A DNA stretch of 64,000 nucleotides from Candidatus Magasanikiibacteriota bacterium (GTDB taxonomy: Bacteria > Patescibacteriota > Patescibacteriia > Magasanikbacterales > GWA2-37-8). Positions 8,921-17,787 of this stretch are shown piece by piece. Position 1 is the stretch's first letter. Each line of letters begins with the position of its first letter. The stretch is taken from NCBI GenBank assembly GCA_036744835.1, contig DAIOHD010000001.1, forward strand, positions 736,064 through 800,063. Reading direction: 5' to 3'. The translations under genes and the position numbers were made by a program. The notes below the pieces were generated by a model. That model was not told where the DNA came from. It saw nothing but the letters and a program-made list of their open reading frames with translations, and ran no database searches.

Positions 8921-9545
8921 TATGAGCTAACTCAACAAGGTAATTAGCGAGTTTCTTACGACCATTGATAAGGTCGAGCGAAAACTCGTAAACTTTTTTC
9001 TTGTCGATTTCGGGGAATTCTCCTTTGAGCCATTTGATGTTACGCTCCAGGAGCTTTTCCACGAAAACTTTATCTCCTCTTAAGGTTGTGTGTCTGGCGG
9101 CATAACACACCAAACCCACGTCCTCTGACGTAATAATTTTCGGATCCACCGCATCTTTGAGAAGCTGATTATACATCCGAACATCGCGATTGATAATTGC
9201 AGCTTCAAACAAAGTTTCACCACCACGATCTTTGAGATTGATATCCAGACCATAACGAAGTAGCAGGCAAAGACCGTAGAAAGTGCCTGTTTTTGAAAAA
9301 ATGTCACAAACCCCAAGGCGTTCATGATAAAAAATTGCATTGGCGCTGACACCCTTAAGCAATAAATCCTCTGCTTTGAAAAGTTCGCCTGCTTTGATGA
9401 GTTCTGCCAACACTGTTTCCTCCTTCGTGCATGGAGTTTTCTTTCTCTCTGAATTTTTCCCGGGGAAAAGACATTGCCAAAGTTTTTTCAACATAGTTGG
9501 CTCCCGTTTGTTGTTTTTCAAAGATCTAACATCTAATTTAAACAT
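8913..9545 (-). CDS. ankyrin-repeat protein
   Basis: Repeats of the form G.T.L..A......LL..G.D.N..D (e.g. GETLFEAAIINRDVRMYNQLLKDAVDP). Local GC visibly higher than flanking genes. Confidence 0.55.
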   Translation of the reverse strand: MFKLDVRSLKNNKREPTMLKKLWQCLFPGKNSERKKTPCTKEETVLAELIKAGELFKAEDLLLKGVSANAIFYHERLGVCDIFSKTGTFYGLCLLLRYGLDINLKDRGGETLFEAAIINRDVRMYNQLLKDAVDPKIITSEDVGLVCYAARHTTLRGDKVFVEKLLERNIKWLKGEFPEIDKKKVYEFSLDLINGRKKLANYLVELAHKK

Positions 9546-9636
9546 AAAATGAGAAGAAAGTCAAGATTTACCCCTGTGAAATAATTTTTACCTTGAGGTA
9601 AAAATTGGCGAGAAGCGCCATTTCACGGGGTTTACC

Positions 9637-9668
9637 CCATAAAAAAGAGCCCCACGTTGGGGGGCTCT
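9637..9668 (-). terminator. rho-independent terminator for the 9684-10208 gene (agagcccc-acgttgg-ggggctct, T-run on minus strand)
   Basis: 8-bp GC-rich stem followed on the minus strand by TTTTTTAT. Confidence 0.6.
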
Positions 9669-9683
9669 ATTAAAAGAAAAGTT

Positions 9684-10208
9684 CTATTTGAAAAAAACTG
9701 CTCTCTTGACGAGGAATGAAGCGAACTTGGAAAAGTTTTCTCTGTATTCCATTGCTTCGATCTCGTCTATGGCGAAACACTTATCCTGTCTCCAGTCAGC
9801 ACCGGCCTGCAAGAGATCAATGACAAAAGATTTGTCACATGTCCCCTGTTTGAAAAGCTTGATAGCCAGACAAAGAGGGCTCATTCCAAAAGAAGTTACG
9901 ATATTAACATCGGCTTTCTTCTCTTTGAGAAGGTAACCCAACAGGTTCTTATCACATTTATAAATAGCAACCTCTAGAATGGTGTGGTCGTATTTATCCT
10001 TGCGATTGATGTTGAGACCACCTTTTTCCGACAGAAGCTTCACCATTTTGTGGGCACTCCCATAAGAAAAGTAATCTTCCAAAGAGTGCTTTTTGTCTGA
10101 AAAAACTGTGTCCGCTCTGGTACCTCCCTGTAAAAGGTCTCTTACTTCGTTGAAATGACGGCTTTTCACCGCAAACCTGAGCTGTTCGCTCTTTTTTCTT
10201 TCTTTCAT
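9684..10208 (-). CDS. ankyrin-repeat protein
   Basis: HTILEVAIYKCDKNLLGYLLKEKKADVNIVTSFGMSPLCLAI and a second ANK-like unit; elevated GC. Confidence 0.55.
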   Translation of the reverse strand: MKERKKSEQLRFAVKSRHFNEVRDLLQGGTRADTVFSDKKHSLEDYFSYGSAHKMVKLLSEKGGLNINRKDKYDHTILEVAIYKCDKNLLGYLLKEKKADVNIVTSFGMSPLCLAIKLFKQGTCDKSFVIDLLQAGADWRQDKCFAIDEIEAMEYRENFSKFASFLVKRAVFFK

Positions 10209-10288
10209 CTCATCTCCTCCTGATTAAAGTTTTAGGGAACGAATAGATTATTTAAGCACAAAATAAGAAATATGTCAATATTTACCCC

Positions 10289-10318
10289 GTAAAAAACCAA
10301 GGCTTTGTGAGCCTTGGT
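10289..10318 (-). terminator. rho-independent terminator (ccaaggc-tttgtga-gccttgg, T-run on minus strand)
   Basis: 7-bp stem plus A6 tract on plus strand. Confidence 0.5.
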
Positions 10319-10324
10319 AAATAA

Positions 10325-10582
10325 CTATCTTACCGGTCTGAAAGATGGAATTTTTCTCTCCCATCTTTCCGTGATTTTACCGAATTTCAATACGCAAATG
10401 AAAATAACCTGAAACAGAAAACCCAGACAAAAACCTAAGAAAGCTTCAAACCGTTTTTTCATAAAAATCTCCCTGTTTTGGTTAAAAGGACCGGCAATAT
10501 TATAGCATAAAAAAGCCAATTTGTCAACCCGGCTTCGTCCGCCAGCTGGCGGACTACGCCGGACAAGGTCTTTATTTATCAA
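10325..10582 (-). CDS. possible small membrane protein (likely starting at internal MKKRFEAF...; ~45 aa)
   Basis: Short hydrophobic ORF with its own downstream terminator; weak. Confidence 0.2.
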   Translation of the reverse strand: MINKDLVRRSPPAGGRSRVDKLAFLCYNIAGPFNQNREIFMKKRFEAFLGFCLGFLFQVIFICVLKFGKITERWERKIPSFRPVR

Positions 10583-10612
10583 AAAAACACCTGTTATAAA
10601 CAGGTGTTTTTG
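10580..10612. terminator. bidirectional terminator (acacctgtt-ataa-aacaggtgt, A7 upstream and T5 downstream) after the phosphohexomutase gene
   Basis: 9-bp perfect stem read directly. Confidence 0.6.
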
Positions 10613-10624
10613 TCTAAAATTAGA

Positions 10625-11986
10625 TTATTTTTCTATTATTTCTGTAATCTCAGCGATTTTTTCTTTAACAATTTTTTCCCCTACCCCCTCCAAATTCAAC
10701 CGCAACAACGATTCTGTATTGCTCGCCCGGACATTAAACCAAAAATCAGGATATTCAAAAGTCAAACCGTCCAAATCAGAAATCTCAGCGTCCGCAAATT
10801 TTTCTTTGAGTTTTTGCATTACCACATTTTTGTCCTCAACTTTGAAATTTATTTCTCCAGAGTGAAAATATTTTTTCAGCGGTTTTACATAATCTGCCAA
10901 AGTGATATTTTTTTCTGAAAGTTCTTGCAATAATTTCAAAGTCACCACCATTGGGGCTTCAAAAACACCATAAGGAAATTTGACGAAAAAATGTCCGGAT
11001 GATTCACCGCCAAAAACCGCTCCGGTATCAAGCATCTGTTTTTTGATAAGTGAATGTCCTACCCTAGTCACACTTGGCACTCCCCCGTTTTGTAAAATCA
11101 TATCGCGAGTAATTTTTCCCGGACGGATATCATAACAAATTGTTGCGCCCGGATTATCACGCAAGAATAATTCTGCCATAATTCCGCGCAAAATAGCGGG
11201 TTCCACCAATTCACCGGCATTATCAATAAAAAATATTCTATCACCATCACCGTCAGTTGCTATACCCAAATCTGCTTTTTCTGCCAAAACACGTTTTTTC
11301 AAATCCGCAATGTTTTCTTCTTTATATGGGTCCGCTTCGTGAGCTGGAAATGTACCATCCAAATCAAAGTTCATTTTGATAAGTTCTATTTGTGGCAAAT
11401 CAGCAAATAACTCTGTCAAATATTGCGCCCCCATGGCATTGGCTGCGTCAGCCACGATTTTCATGGGTTTAATTTTTTTCAAATCTGCAAATTTTTCTTC
11501 TTCTTTAGCCTGGGTAAATAGAATTTCTTCTTTTGAAATTACATTTCCCTTGTTTTCTGAGACAAAAAACTCGTTCTGTTCAACTATTTTTTGTAACTCT
11601 TCCATACCATTGCCTTGACCAAAAGGTTTAGCACTTTCGCGCACTAGTTTTATCCCATTATACTGAGCCGGATTGTGAGAAGCAGAAACCATCAAACCGC
11701 CATCATAACCAAAATAAGAAACGGCAAAATAAAAAGTTGGGGTGGAAACCAAACCAACATCAATTATCCTAACTCCGCTTTCAACCAAACCTTCAATCAC
11801 TTGTTTTTTTAAGCTTGGCGAGGACATCCTCATGTCAGTGCCTACCACAATAGTAAGTTGCTCTTTATCTAGCTCTTTTTTACGCATCAAAGCAAAGGCT
11901 TGAACGATTTTTTTGGCTAATTCTTCGTTTAATTCATCCGGGTAAATACCACGAATATCGTAAGCTTTGTAAATTGACATAAACAT
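10625..11986 (-). CDS. phosphoglucomutase/phosphomannomutase family protein (alpha-D-phosphohexomutase)
   Basis: Active-site SASHNPAQYNGIK, metal-binding DGDGDR, 453 aa four-domain layout. Confidence 0.85.
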   Translation of the reverse strand: MFMSIYKAYDIRGIYPDELNEELAKKIVQAFALMRKKELDKEQLTIVVGTDMRMSSPSLKKQVIEGLVESGVRIIDVGLVSTPTFYFAVSYFGYDGGLMVSASHNPAQYNGIKLVRESAKPFGQGNGMEELQKIVEQNEFFVSENKGNVISKEEILFTQAKEEEKFADLKKIKPMKIVADAANAMGAQYLTELFADLPQIELIKMNFDLDGTFPAHEADPYKEENIADLKKRVLAEKADLGIATDGDGDRIFFIDNAGELVEPAILRGIMAELFLRDNPGATICYDIRPGKITRDMILQNGGVPSVTRVGHSLIKKQMLDTGAVFGGESSGHFFVKFPYGVFEAPMVVTLKLLQELSEKNITLADYVKPLKKYFHSGEINFKVEDKNVVMQKLKEKFADAEISDLDGLTFEYPDFWFNVRASNTESLLRLNLEGVGEKIVKEKIAEITEIIEK

Positions 11987-12066
11987 TAATAATTAAAACT
12001 TGTTTTTTATATAAAAAAATTATATAATAACCCCAAGAATTAAGCAAATTTCTTATTTTTGATATT

Positions 12067-12528
12067 ATGCAAAAAATTTTAACTCTTTGTGTTGTTCATG
12101 ACGAAGGAAGGGTACTTTTGGGTATGAAAAAAAGAGGGTTTGGTATGGACCGTTGGAACGGTTTTGGCGGTAAAGTTCAACTAGGTGAAACTATAGAACA
12201 AGCAGCTATTCGTGAAACACAAGAGGAAGCCGGCATAACTCCGACCAAAATGGAATTGGTCGGTAAACTAAATTTCAAATTTCAAGATGGCGTAAGCGAA
12301 GAGATGGAAGTTTCAGTTTTTTCCGTGACCGATTTTGATGGTATCCCGAGCGAAACCGAGGAAATGCGTCCTCATTGGTTTAATAAAAGTGAAATACCTT
12401 ATGACAAAATGTGGGCTGATGATAAATATTGGCTACCACTGCTTTTCGCCGGTAAAAAATTTAAAGGCTTTTGTGAATATACAGACTACAACATTATGCT
12501 CAGCCATGAAATTGAGGAAATTATTTAA
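12067..12528 (+). CDS. NUDIX hydrolase (MutT / 8-oxo-dGTP diphosphatase-like)
   Basis: Nudix box GGKVQLGETIEQAAIRETQEEAGI. Confidence 0.85.
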   Translation: MQKILTLCVVHDEGRVLLGMKKRGFGMDRWNGFGGKVQLGETIEQAAIRETQEEAGITPTKMELVGKLNFKFQDGVSEEMEVSVFSVTDFDGIPSETEEMRPHWFNKSEIPYDKMWADDKYWLPLLFAGKKFKGFCEYTDYNIMLSHEIEEII

Positions 12529-12545
12529 AATTTTTAGTTCCTATT

Positions 12546-12639
12546 GTCATGCTGAATTTATTTCAGCATCTCCCCGTACCGCATAAAGGGGGATCCCGAA
12601 ATCCTCCAGAGGCGGACAGACAAAAGTTCGGGATGACAC
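12546..12639. repeat. possible GTCATT-family-related structured element (gtcatgc...cgggatgacac) in the clpC leader
   Basis: Ends tgtcatgctgaa...ttcgggatgacac resemble the termini of the 30539-30618 element (..gcggggatgacac). Internal cccgaa..ttcggg stem. Confidence 0.3.
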
Positions 12640-12652
12640 TTTCAAACTTTAC

Positions 12653-12685
12653 ATACTTAATACTAAATACTTGATACTTAATACT
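12653..12685 (+). promoter_or_regulatory. direct repeat ATACTTAATACT x2 spaced 21 bp, immediately upstream of the clpC start; candidate operator
   Basis: atacttaatact at 12653-12664 and 12674-12685; not a CtsR box. Confidence 0.3.
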
Positions 12686-12690
12686 CATTT

Positions 12691-15219
12691 ATGCATTTGT
12701 CCGAACGTTTTAGCAACCATCTCAAAAATGTTTTGGTCAAAGCCATACAGTTGGCTACAGAATTAAAACAAAAAGAGGTATCCCCGCTTCATCTTTTGTT
12801 TGCCCTTTTGAAAGAAAAAGGTTCTTTGGCTCATGAAATTTTAACTCGTAATAAAATAAAAGAGTCAGTTTTAGAAAATGCCATTTTAAACATCCCAGGA
12901 ATTGATGGGCAGATTTCCGAACAAATACCAGTTACCAATATCACTTCCCAAGCTCAATTAGCTCCGCTTTCACCCATAGCCAAAGGTATTTTAGAAAAAG
13001 CTTTTCTAATCGCTTCCGAAAATAATCATAATTTTTTGGGCACCGAACATTTACTTTTGTCCATTTTACAAACAAACGATTCCACTGTTACAGAAATATT
13101 GCAACAAAGCAGTGTTCTAAAAAATGATTTGGAAGATCAATTAAAAAATATTTTGATGGGCACTTCTCAGTTTCCAAAAATAAATGAAATATCAGATACT
13201 CTCAATAAACTTTCAGAAAGTTTTGAAGGCGAAGCACCGCTGTCTGAATTTGCCGCAAAAAAAATAAAAAATGGTATAGGACAAAAAAAAGAATCCGCTT
13301 TAGAATTTTTTGCCACTGATTTAACTAATCTTGAAATTCAAAAAAATATTGACCCTGTTATTGGTCGAGAAAAAGAAATTGAACGTTTAGTTCAAATCAT
13401 TTGTCGACGTACCAAAAATAATCCGATTTTACTCGGTGATCCCGGGGTTGGAAAAACAGCCATCATAGAAGGTTTGGCCAAAAAAATAACCGAGGGTTCT
13501 GTGCCGGACTTATTAAAACATAAAAAAATATATGCACTGGATATGGGGCTACTTATCGCCGGCACTATGTATCGAGGTGAATTTGAAGCTAGACTACGTC
13601 AGGTTATAGAGGAAACTCTACAAGATTCCAACATTATTTTATTTATTGATGAATTACATAATATCGTCGGAGTCGGTAGTTCACAAGGCAGTATGGACGC
13701 AGCCAACATTTTGAAACCAGCTTTGGCGCGTGGACAAATTCGTTGTATCGGGTCAACCACTCCAGGAGAATTTAAAAAATTTATTGAAAGTGATGCGGCA
13801 TTAGAAAGACGTTTCCAGCCTATCATTGTCAAAGAACCAAGCGTAGAAGAAACCGTGCAAATACTTTCCGGACTTAAAAATAACTATGAGAAATACCATC
13901 AAGTAAAGATAAGCGAGAGTGCTATAACAGCAGCGGTAAAACTTTCTAATCGTTATATCAATGACAAGTTTCTACCGGATAAAGCTATCGATCTTATTGA
14001 TGAAACCGCTTCAGCCAAAAGACTAAGTTTTGGTATTGATCCAAAAAAAAATCGTTTATGGCAACTAAATCGTAAACTAAATAAAATAATTTTTGACAAA
14101 GAAAAGGCGGCATTGGATAACAATTTTGGTTTGGCCATGACTATGAAAGAAGATGAAATTAAATTGGCACACGAAATAAAATCATTGGAAAAAGAGATTT
14201 CTCAACAAAAAGATAAATATCTTGGAACAGTCACGGAAAAAGATATTTTAAATACTATCGCCAAAATAATCAACACTGAACCGAACGAATTGATTTTGGA
14301 CAATCGCGACCGTTTTGAAAAAATAAAAATCAATTTAAAAAAACAACTAATAGGGCAAGATGAAGTTGTGGATGAAGTGATCAAAACAATAGAAAAAGCA
14401 CAATTGGGTTTAACTGACCCGCAGAAACCGCTAGGATCATTTATGTTTATTGGAATTTCCGGCACCGGTAAAACCGAATTGAGCAAACTCTTGGCCAAAG
14501 AACTTTACCAAAATACCGATTCTCTCATCAAACTTGATATGAGTGAATTTAATGAAAGTTTTGGTGTATCCAAACTACTTGGCTCACCAGCCGGTTATAT
14601 CGGATATAAAGAAACTAACCCATTTACCGATAAGCTAAAAATGAATCCTTATAGCGTAATTTTGTTTGATGAAATAGATAAAGCCCATCGCGATGTTACT
14701 AAACTACTTTTACAATGTTTGGAAAGCGGCTCTATCGCCGACTCGACCGGCAAGAAAATTTCTCTAAAACATGCTATAATAATATTAACTACTTCGATAT
14801 TTACTGCAGAGCTATACAAAGGTGTGGTCGGTTTTGGTGAAAAAAATAAAAATAACGAAGAAGTTAAAACAAAAATAACGGAAAAACTCAAGGAATATTT
14901 TTCTCCAGAACTCATCAACCGCTTAGACAAAATCTGTCTTTTTGGAGAACTGAATCAAAAACAACTGGAAAAAATAGCTCGATTACAAATAGATATTTTT
15001 AATGAACGCTTAAAAAATTATAAAACTAAAGTCACTGCTTCGGAAAAAATAATTAATTTTATTGTAAACCAACTTAAACCAGAAAAATATAATGCTCGCG
15101 AATTACGCGCCTTACTGGAAAATAAGATAGAAAATTTAATGACTGAAATAATATTGAAGGGAAAAATAAAAAAACAATACACTTTAAGATTGCAAAAAGA
15201 AAAATTGGTTATAATCTAA
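12691..15219 (+). CDS. clpC: ATP-dependent Clp chaperone, ClpC/ClpB-family AAA+ ATPase (Clp_N repeats plus two nucleotide-binding domains)
   Basis: Clp_N repeats at N-terminus. D1 Walker A GDPGVGKTAIIEGLA, Walker B ILFIDELH. D2 GISGTGKTEL, ILFDEIDKAH; sensor NARELRA. Confidence 0.85.
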   Translation: MHLSERFSNHLKNVLVKAIQLATELKQKEVSPLHLLFALLKEKGSLAHEILTRNKIKESVLENAILNIPGIDGQISEQIPVTNITSQAQLAPLSPIAKGILEKAFLIASENNHNFLGTEHLLLSILQTNDSTVTEILQQSSVLKNDLEDQLKNILMGTSQFPKINEISDTLNKLSESFEGEAPLSEFAAKKIKNGIGQKKESALEFFATDLTNLEIQKNIDPVIGREKEIERLVQIICRRTKNNPILLGDPGVGKTAIIEGLAKKITEGSVPDLLKHKKIYALDMGLLIAGTMYRGEFEARLRQVIEETLQDSNIILFIDELHNIVGVGSSQGSMDAANILKPALARGQIRCIGSTTPGEFKKFIESDAALERRFQPIIVKEPSVEETVQILSGLKNNYEKYHQVKISESAITAAVKLSNRYINDKFLPDKAIDLIDETASAKRLSFGIDPKKNRLWQLNRKLNKIIFDKEKAALDNNFGLAMTMKEDEIKLAHEIKSLEKEISQQKDKYLGTVTEKDILNTIAKIINTEPNELILDNRDRFEKIKINLKKQLIGQDEVVDEVIKTIEKAQLGLTDPQKPLGSFMFIGISGTGKTELSKLLAKELYQNTDSLIKLDMSEFNESFGVSKLLGSPAGYIGYKETNPFTDKLKMNPYSVILFDEIDKAHRDVTKLLLQCLESGSIADSTGKKISLKHAIIILTTSIFTAELYKGVVGFGEKNKNNEEVKTKITEKLKEYFSPELINRLDKICLFGELNQKQLEKIARLQIDIFNERLKNYKTKVTASEKIINFIVNQLKPEKYNARELRALLENKIENLMTEIILKGKIKKQYTLRLQKEKLVII

Positions 15220-15254
15220 TTTTTTAATTTTAAAGTTCAATATTTTAAAAAGAT

Positions 15255-15851
15255 ATGGCCGGAGAAAATAAAATGCAACCACTAATCGGAGAAGAATTCC
15301 AGCCAGGTTCTCAAACCGGCACAATTTCTGATTTTGAAAAAAGTCCGGCAACAGCCTACGAGCAAATGTCTGGTACCAGATCAGCTAGCGCTAATAAAAG
15401 ATCTTTGAGAAAAGAATTGGGGTCTGAAAATGAACCTCCAAGAGAAACTCGAAGTATTGATGAAGAAAAACAAAAAGCTGTCGCGGCAAATCTCGCAACT
15501 CGTAAAGCTGAAGCAACCCAAAACAAAAAAGAATCTGGTTCTACAGACCAAATTATGAAACAAGCAGCAACAGCAGCGACTAAAATTCCCGGTGTTGGTT
15601 GGTATATAAAAGTAATAGCCATTATTATTCGTATCTTGAAAATTTTTACTGGGGAACAAATAGCCGGTTTTTTGGCAATCTGGTTCTTGGTGGGCACGGC
15701 TCTGGCTTTTTTAAATATTTTACCGATAGTCGGCACAATACTATTTTTAATAATTCCGCCTTGTGCAGCTCTGCCGCTTACCGCTTTGCTCTGGCCGAAA
15801 ATAAAACCATTTTTGGAAGAAGCCGGAAAAATAACACCTATAAAAAAATAA
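15255..15851 (+). CDS. hypothetical membrane protein (disordered Ser/Thr/Lys-rich N-terminus, C-terminal TM hairpins)
   Basis: C-terminal hydrophobic segments VIAIIIRILKIF..FLAIWFLVGTALAFLNILPIVGTILFLIIPP. Confidence 0.45.
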   Translation: MAGENKMQPLIGEEFQPGSQTGTISDFEKSPATAYEQMSGTRSASANKRSLRKELGSENEPPRETRSIDEEKQKAVAANLATRKAEATQNKKESGSTDQIMKQAATAATKIPGVGWYIKVIAIIIRILKIFTGEQIAGFLAIWFLVGTALAFLNILPIVGTILFLIIPPCAALPLTALLWPKIKPFLEEAGKITPIKK

Positions 15852-15876
15852 TCTTAAAAAAAATTAATAAATTTTT

Positions 15877-17115
15877 ATGTCTGATTCAACTAAAAAAATT
15901 CTCATGATTATCGGCTTGATTTTAATCGCCGCACTTTTGGGTTTTGGTCTTTATTATATGTTTAGCAAAACTCTACCAAAACCGACTATTCCCCCTCCCG
16001 GAGAAACATCTACCACAACCGGGGCAGGTTTTACTCCTTCCGGAGTAAGAATCGTCACTACCACCGGCCCGAATGGGCAAATTATAACAACAACTTTACC
16101 GGTAGCCGGAGTAATTCCTACCACCGGACCTGGTTATTATCAGAGTACAGCGGTCACAAAAATAGTCGACCAAGCAGTCTCTTTTCCAGCTATCAATAAC
16201 ACAAGTGGTGAACTACGTTTTTATAATGAAAATGACGGAAAATTTTATCAAGTTAAAAGTGATGGCACGATGGAACCGCTGTCTGAAAAAGTTTTTTATA
16301 ATGTTTCAGAAACCACCTGGGCCAACAACACAGATAAAGCTGTTTTGGAATTTCCAGACCAAAGTAAAATTATTTATAATTTTGAGAAAGATAAACAATA
16401 TACTATTCCATCTCATTGGGAAGAATTTTCTTTTTCACCAGAAGATGATAAAATTGCCGCTAAAAGTATAGGATATTCTCCTGATAATCGCTGGCTTATA
16501 ACAACCGGCGATGATGGCACCGGAACAACTTTGATTGAACCTATGGGAGAAAATGCTGACAAGGTGACTGTTTCTTGGTCACCTAACCGTCAAGTGGTGG
16601 CTTTTAGTAAAACTGGTGCTGATGATTTGGGCGCTTATAGAAAAGAGATTTTATTAGTTGGACAAAATCAAGAAAATTTTAAATCCATTACTGTTGAAGG
16701 TTTAGGTTTTGATTCACAATGGTCTCCAAACGGGAATAAACTCCTTTATAATATCTATAGTCCAAACAGTGATTTTAAACCGGAACTTTGGATAGTAAAT
16801 TCTTCGGGAGATTATATAGGATCAGGAAGAGAATTTTTAAAAATTAATACTTGGGCTGATAAGTGCACTTTTACCAACGAAAATATACTTTATTGTGCTG
16901 TACCTCAAACATTACCCCAGGGTGCCGGAATCTCTCCGAGTATTGCCAATGGCACTCCGGATGAACTTTACAGAATAGATTTGACTACTGGATTTAAAAC
17001 ACCTATAGACCTAGGCGGGTCTTATTCTATAAAAAATATTTATTATGATAACAATAGCAACAAAGTTATCTTTTCCGATTATAACCAAACCGGTATTTTT
17101 GAAGTTAATCAATAA
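15877..17115 (+). CDS. membrane-anchored TolB-like beta-propeller protein (PD40/WD40-like repeats) with Thr/Pro-rich linker
   Basis: N-terminal TM, TTTG/PTTGP linker, repeated ..WSPN(R/G)..(V/L).. blades (VSWSPNRQVVAFS, QWSPNGNKLLYN). Confidence 0.55.
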   Translation: MSDSTKKILMIIGLILIAALLGFGLYYMFSKTLPKPTIPPPGETSTTTGAGFTPSGVRIVTTTGPNGQIITTTLPVAGVIPTTGPGYYQSTAVTKIVDQAVSFPAINNTSGELRFYNENDGKFYQVKSDGTMEPLSEKVFYNVSETTWANNTDKAVLEFPDQSKIIYNFEKDKQYTIPSHWEEFSFSPEDDKIAAKSIGYSPDNRWLITTGDDGTGTTLIEPMGENADKVTVSWSPNRQVVAFSKTGADDLGAYRKEILLVGQNQENFKSITVEGLGFDSQWSPNGNKLLYNIYSPNSDFKPELWIVNSSGDYIGSGREFLKINTWADKCTFTNENILYCAVPQTLPQGAGISPSIANGTPDELYRIDLTTGFKTPIDLGGSYSIKNIYYDNNSNKVIFSDYNQTGIFEVNQ

Positions 17116-17141
17116 ATTTTAAATAAAAATCGTTTTTTTGT

Positions 17142-17786
17142 ATGAAAAAAATTTTTATAAGTTTAATTATTGTTTTAGTTGGTTTATTTTTGATAACTTT
17201 ATCCATAGTTAAACAAAGTTCTCAAATTACCATAAAACCGATTTCCAAACCTTTGGTTGAAAACAATGCTGTACGATTACCAGTAGATGATAGTGGCCCT
17301 ATTTTTGGCAATCCCGGGTCTCCCATAACGGTCACTGAATTTTTTTCTTTTAATTGTAATGATTGCATCAAAATTCATACAGAATTAGTCAATTTTATAA
17401 ATCAAAACCCCAGTCATGTTCGTCTGATTTCTCAAGGTGTTGCAATAGAAAACTGGTTGGGAAACAAAAATAACTATCCTCTTTTGGCTCTTTATTGCGC
17501 TGAACAACAAAATAAATATTGGGATTTTTTGAATAAATCTATTCAACTAAAAAAAATAGATGAAATAAATATAAAAAATCTGGTTTCTGAAATTAAATTG
17601 AACTCGGATGTTTTTGAAAATTGTCTTAAAGAAAATACCAATATTGCTAAAATTGAAAATCTACAAGATAAATTAAAATCTTTCGGAATTATAGAGACAC
17701 CACTTATTTTTGTTGATAATAAAAAAATTAATTTAACCGATGGTGTTACAATAAGTACTATTTTGAATAGTCTTATCGAAAAATAA
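17142..17786 (+). CDS. DsbA-like thiol:disulfide oxidoreductase (thioredoxin fold, CxxC)
   Basis: Signal/TM anchor then FFSFNCNDCIKIH (CNDC active site) in a thioredoxin-like context. Confidence 0.65.
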   Translation: MKKIFISLIIVLVGLFLITLSIVKQSSQITIKPISKPLVENNAVRLPVDDSGPIFGNPGSPITVTEFFSFNCNDCIKIHTELVNFINQNPSHVRLISQGVAIENWLGNKNNYPLLALYCAEQQNKYWDFLNKSIQLKKIDEINIKNLVSEIKLNSDVFENCLKENTNIAKIENLQDKLKSFGIIETPLIFVDNKKINLTDGVTISTILNSLIEK

Positions 17787-17787
17787 T

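Noticed and set aside
10521-10865. 114-aa plus-strand ORF
   Set aside because: Overlaps the terminator and the 3' end of the phosphohexomutase gene on the opposite strand; spurious.
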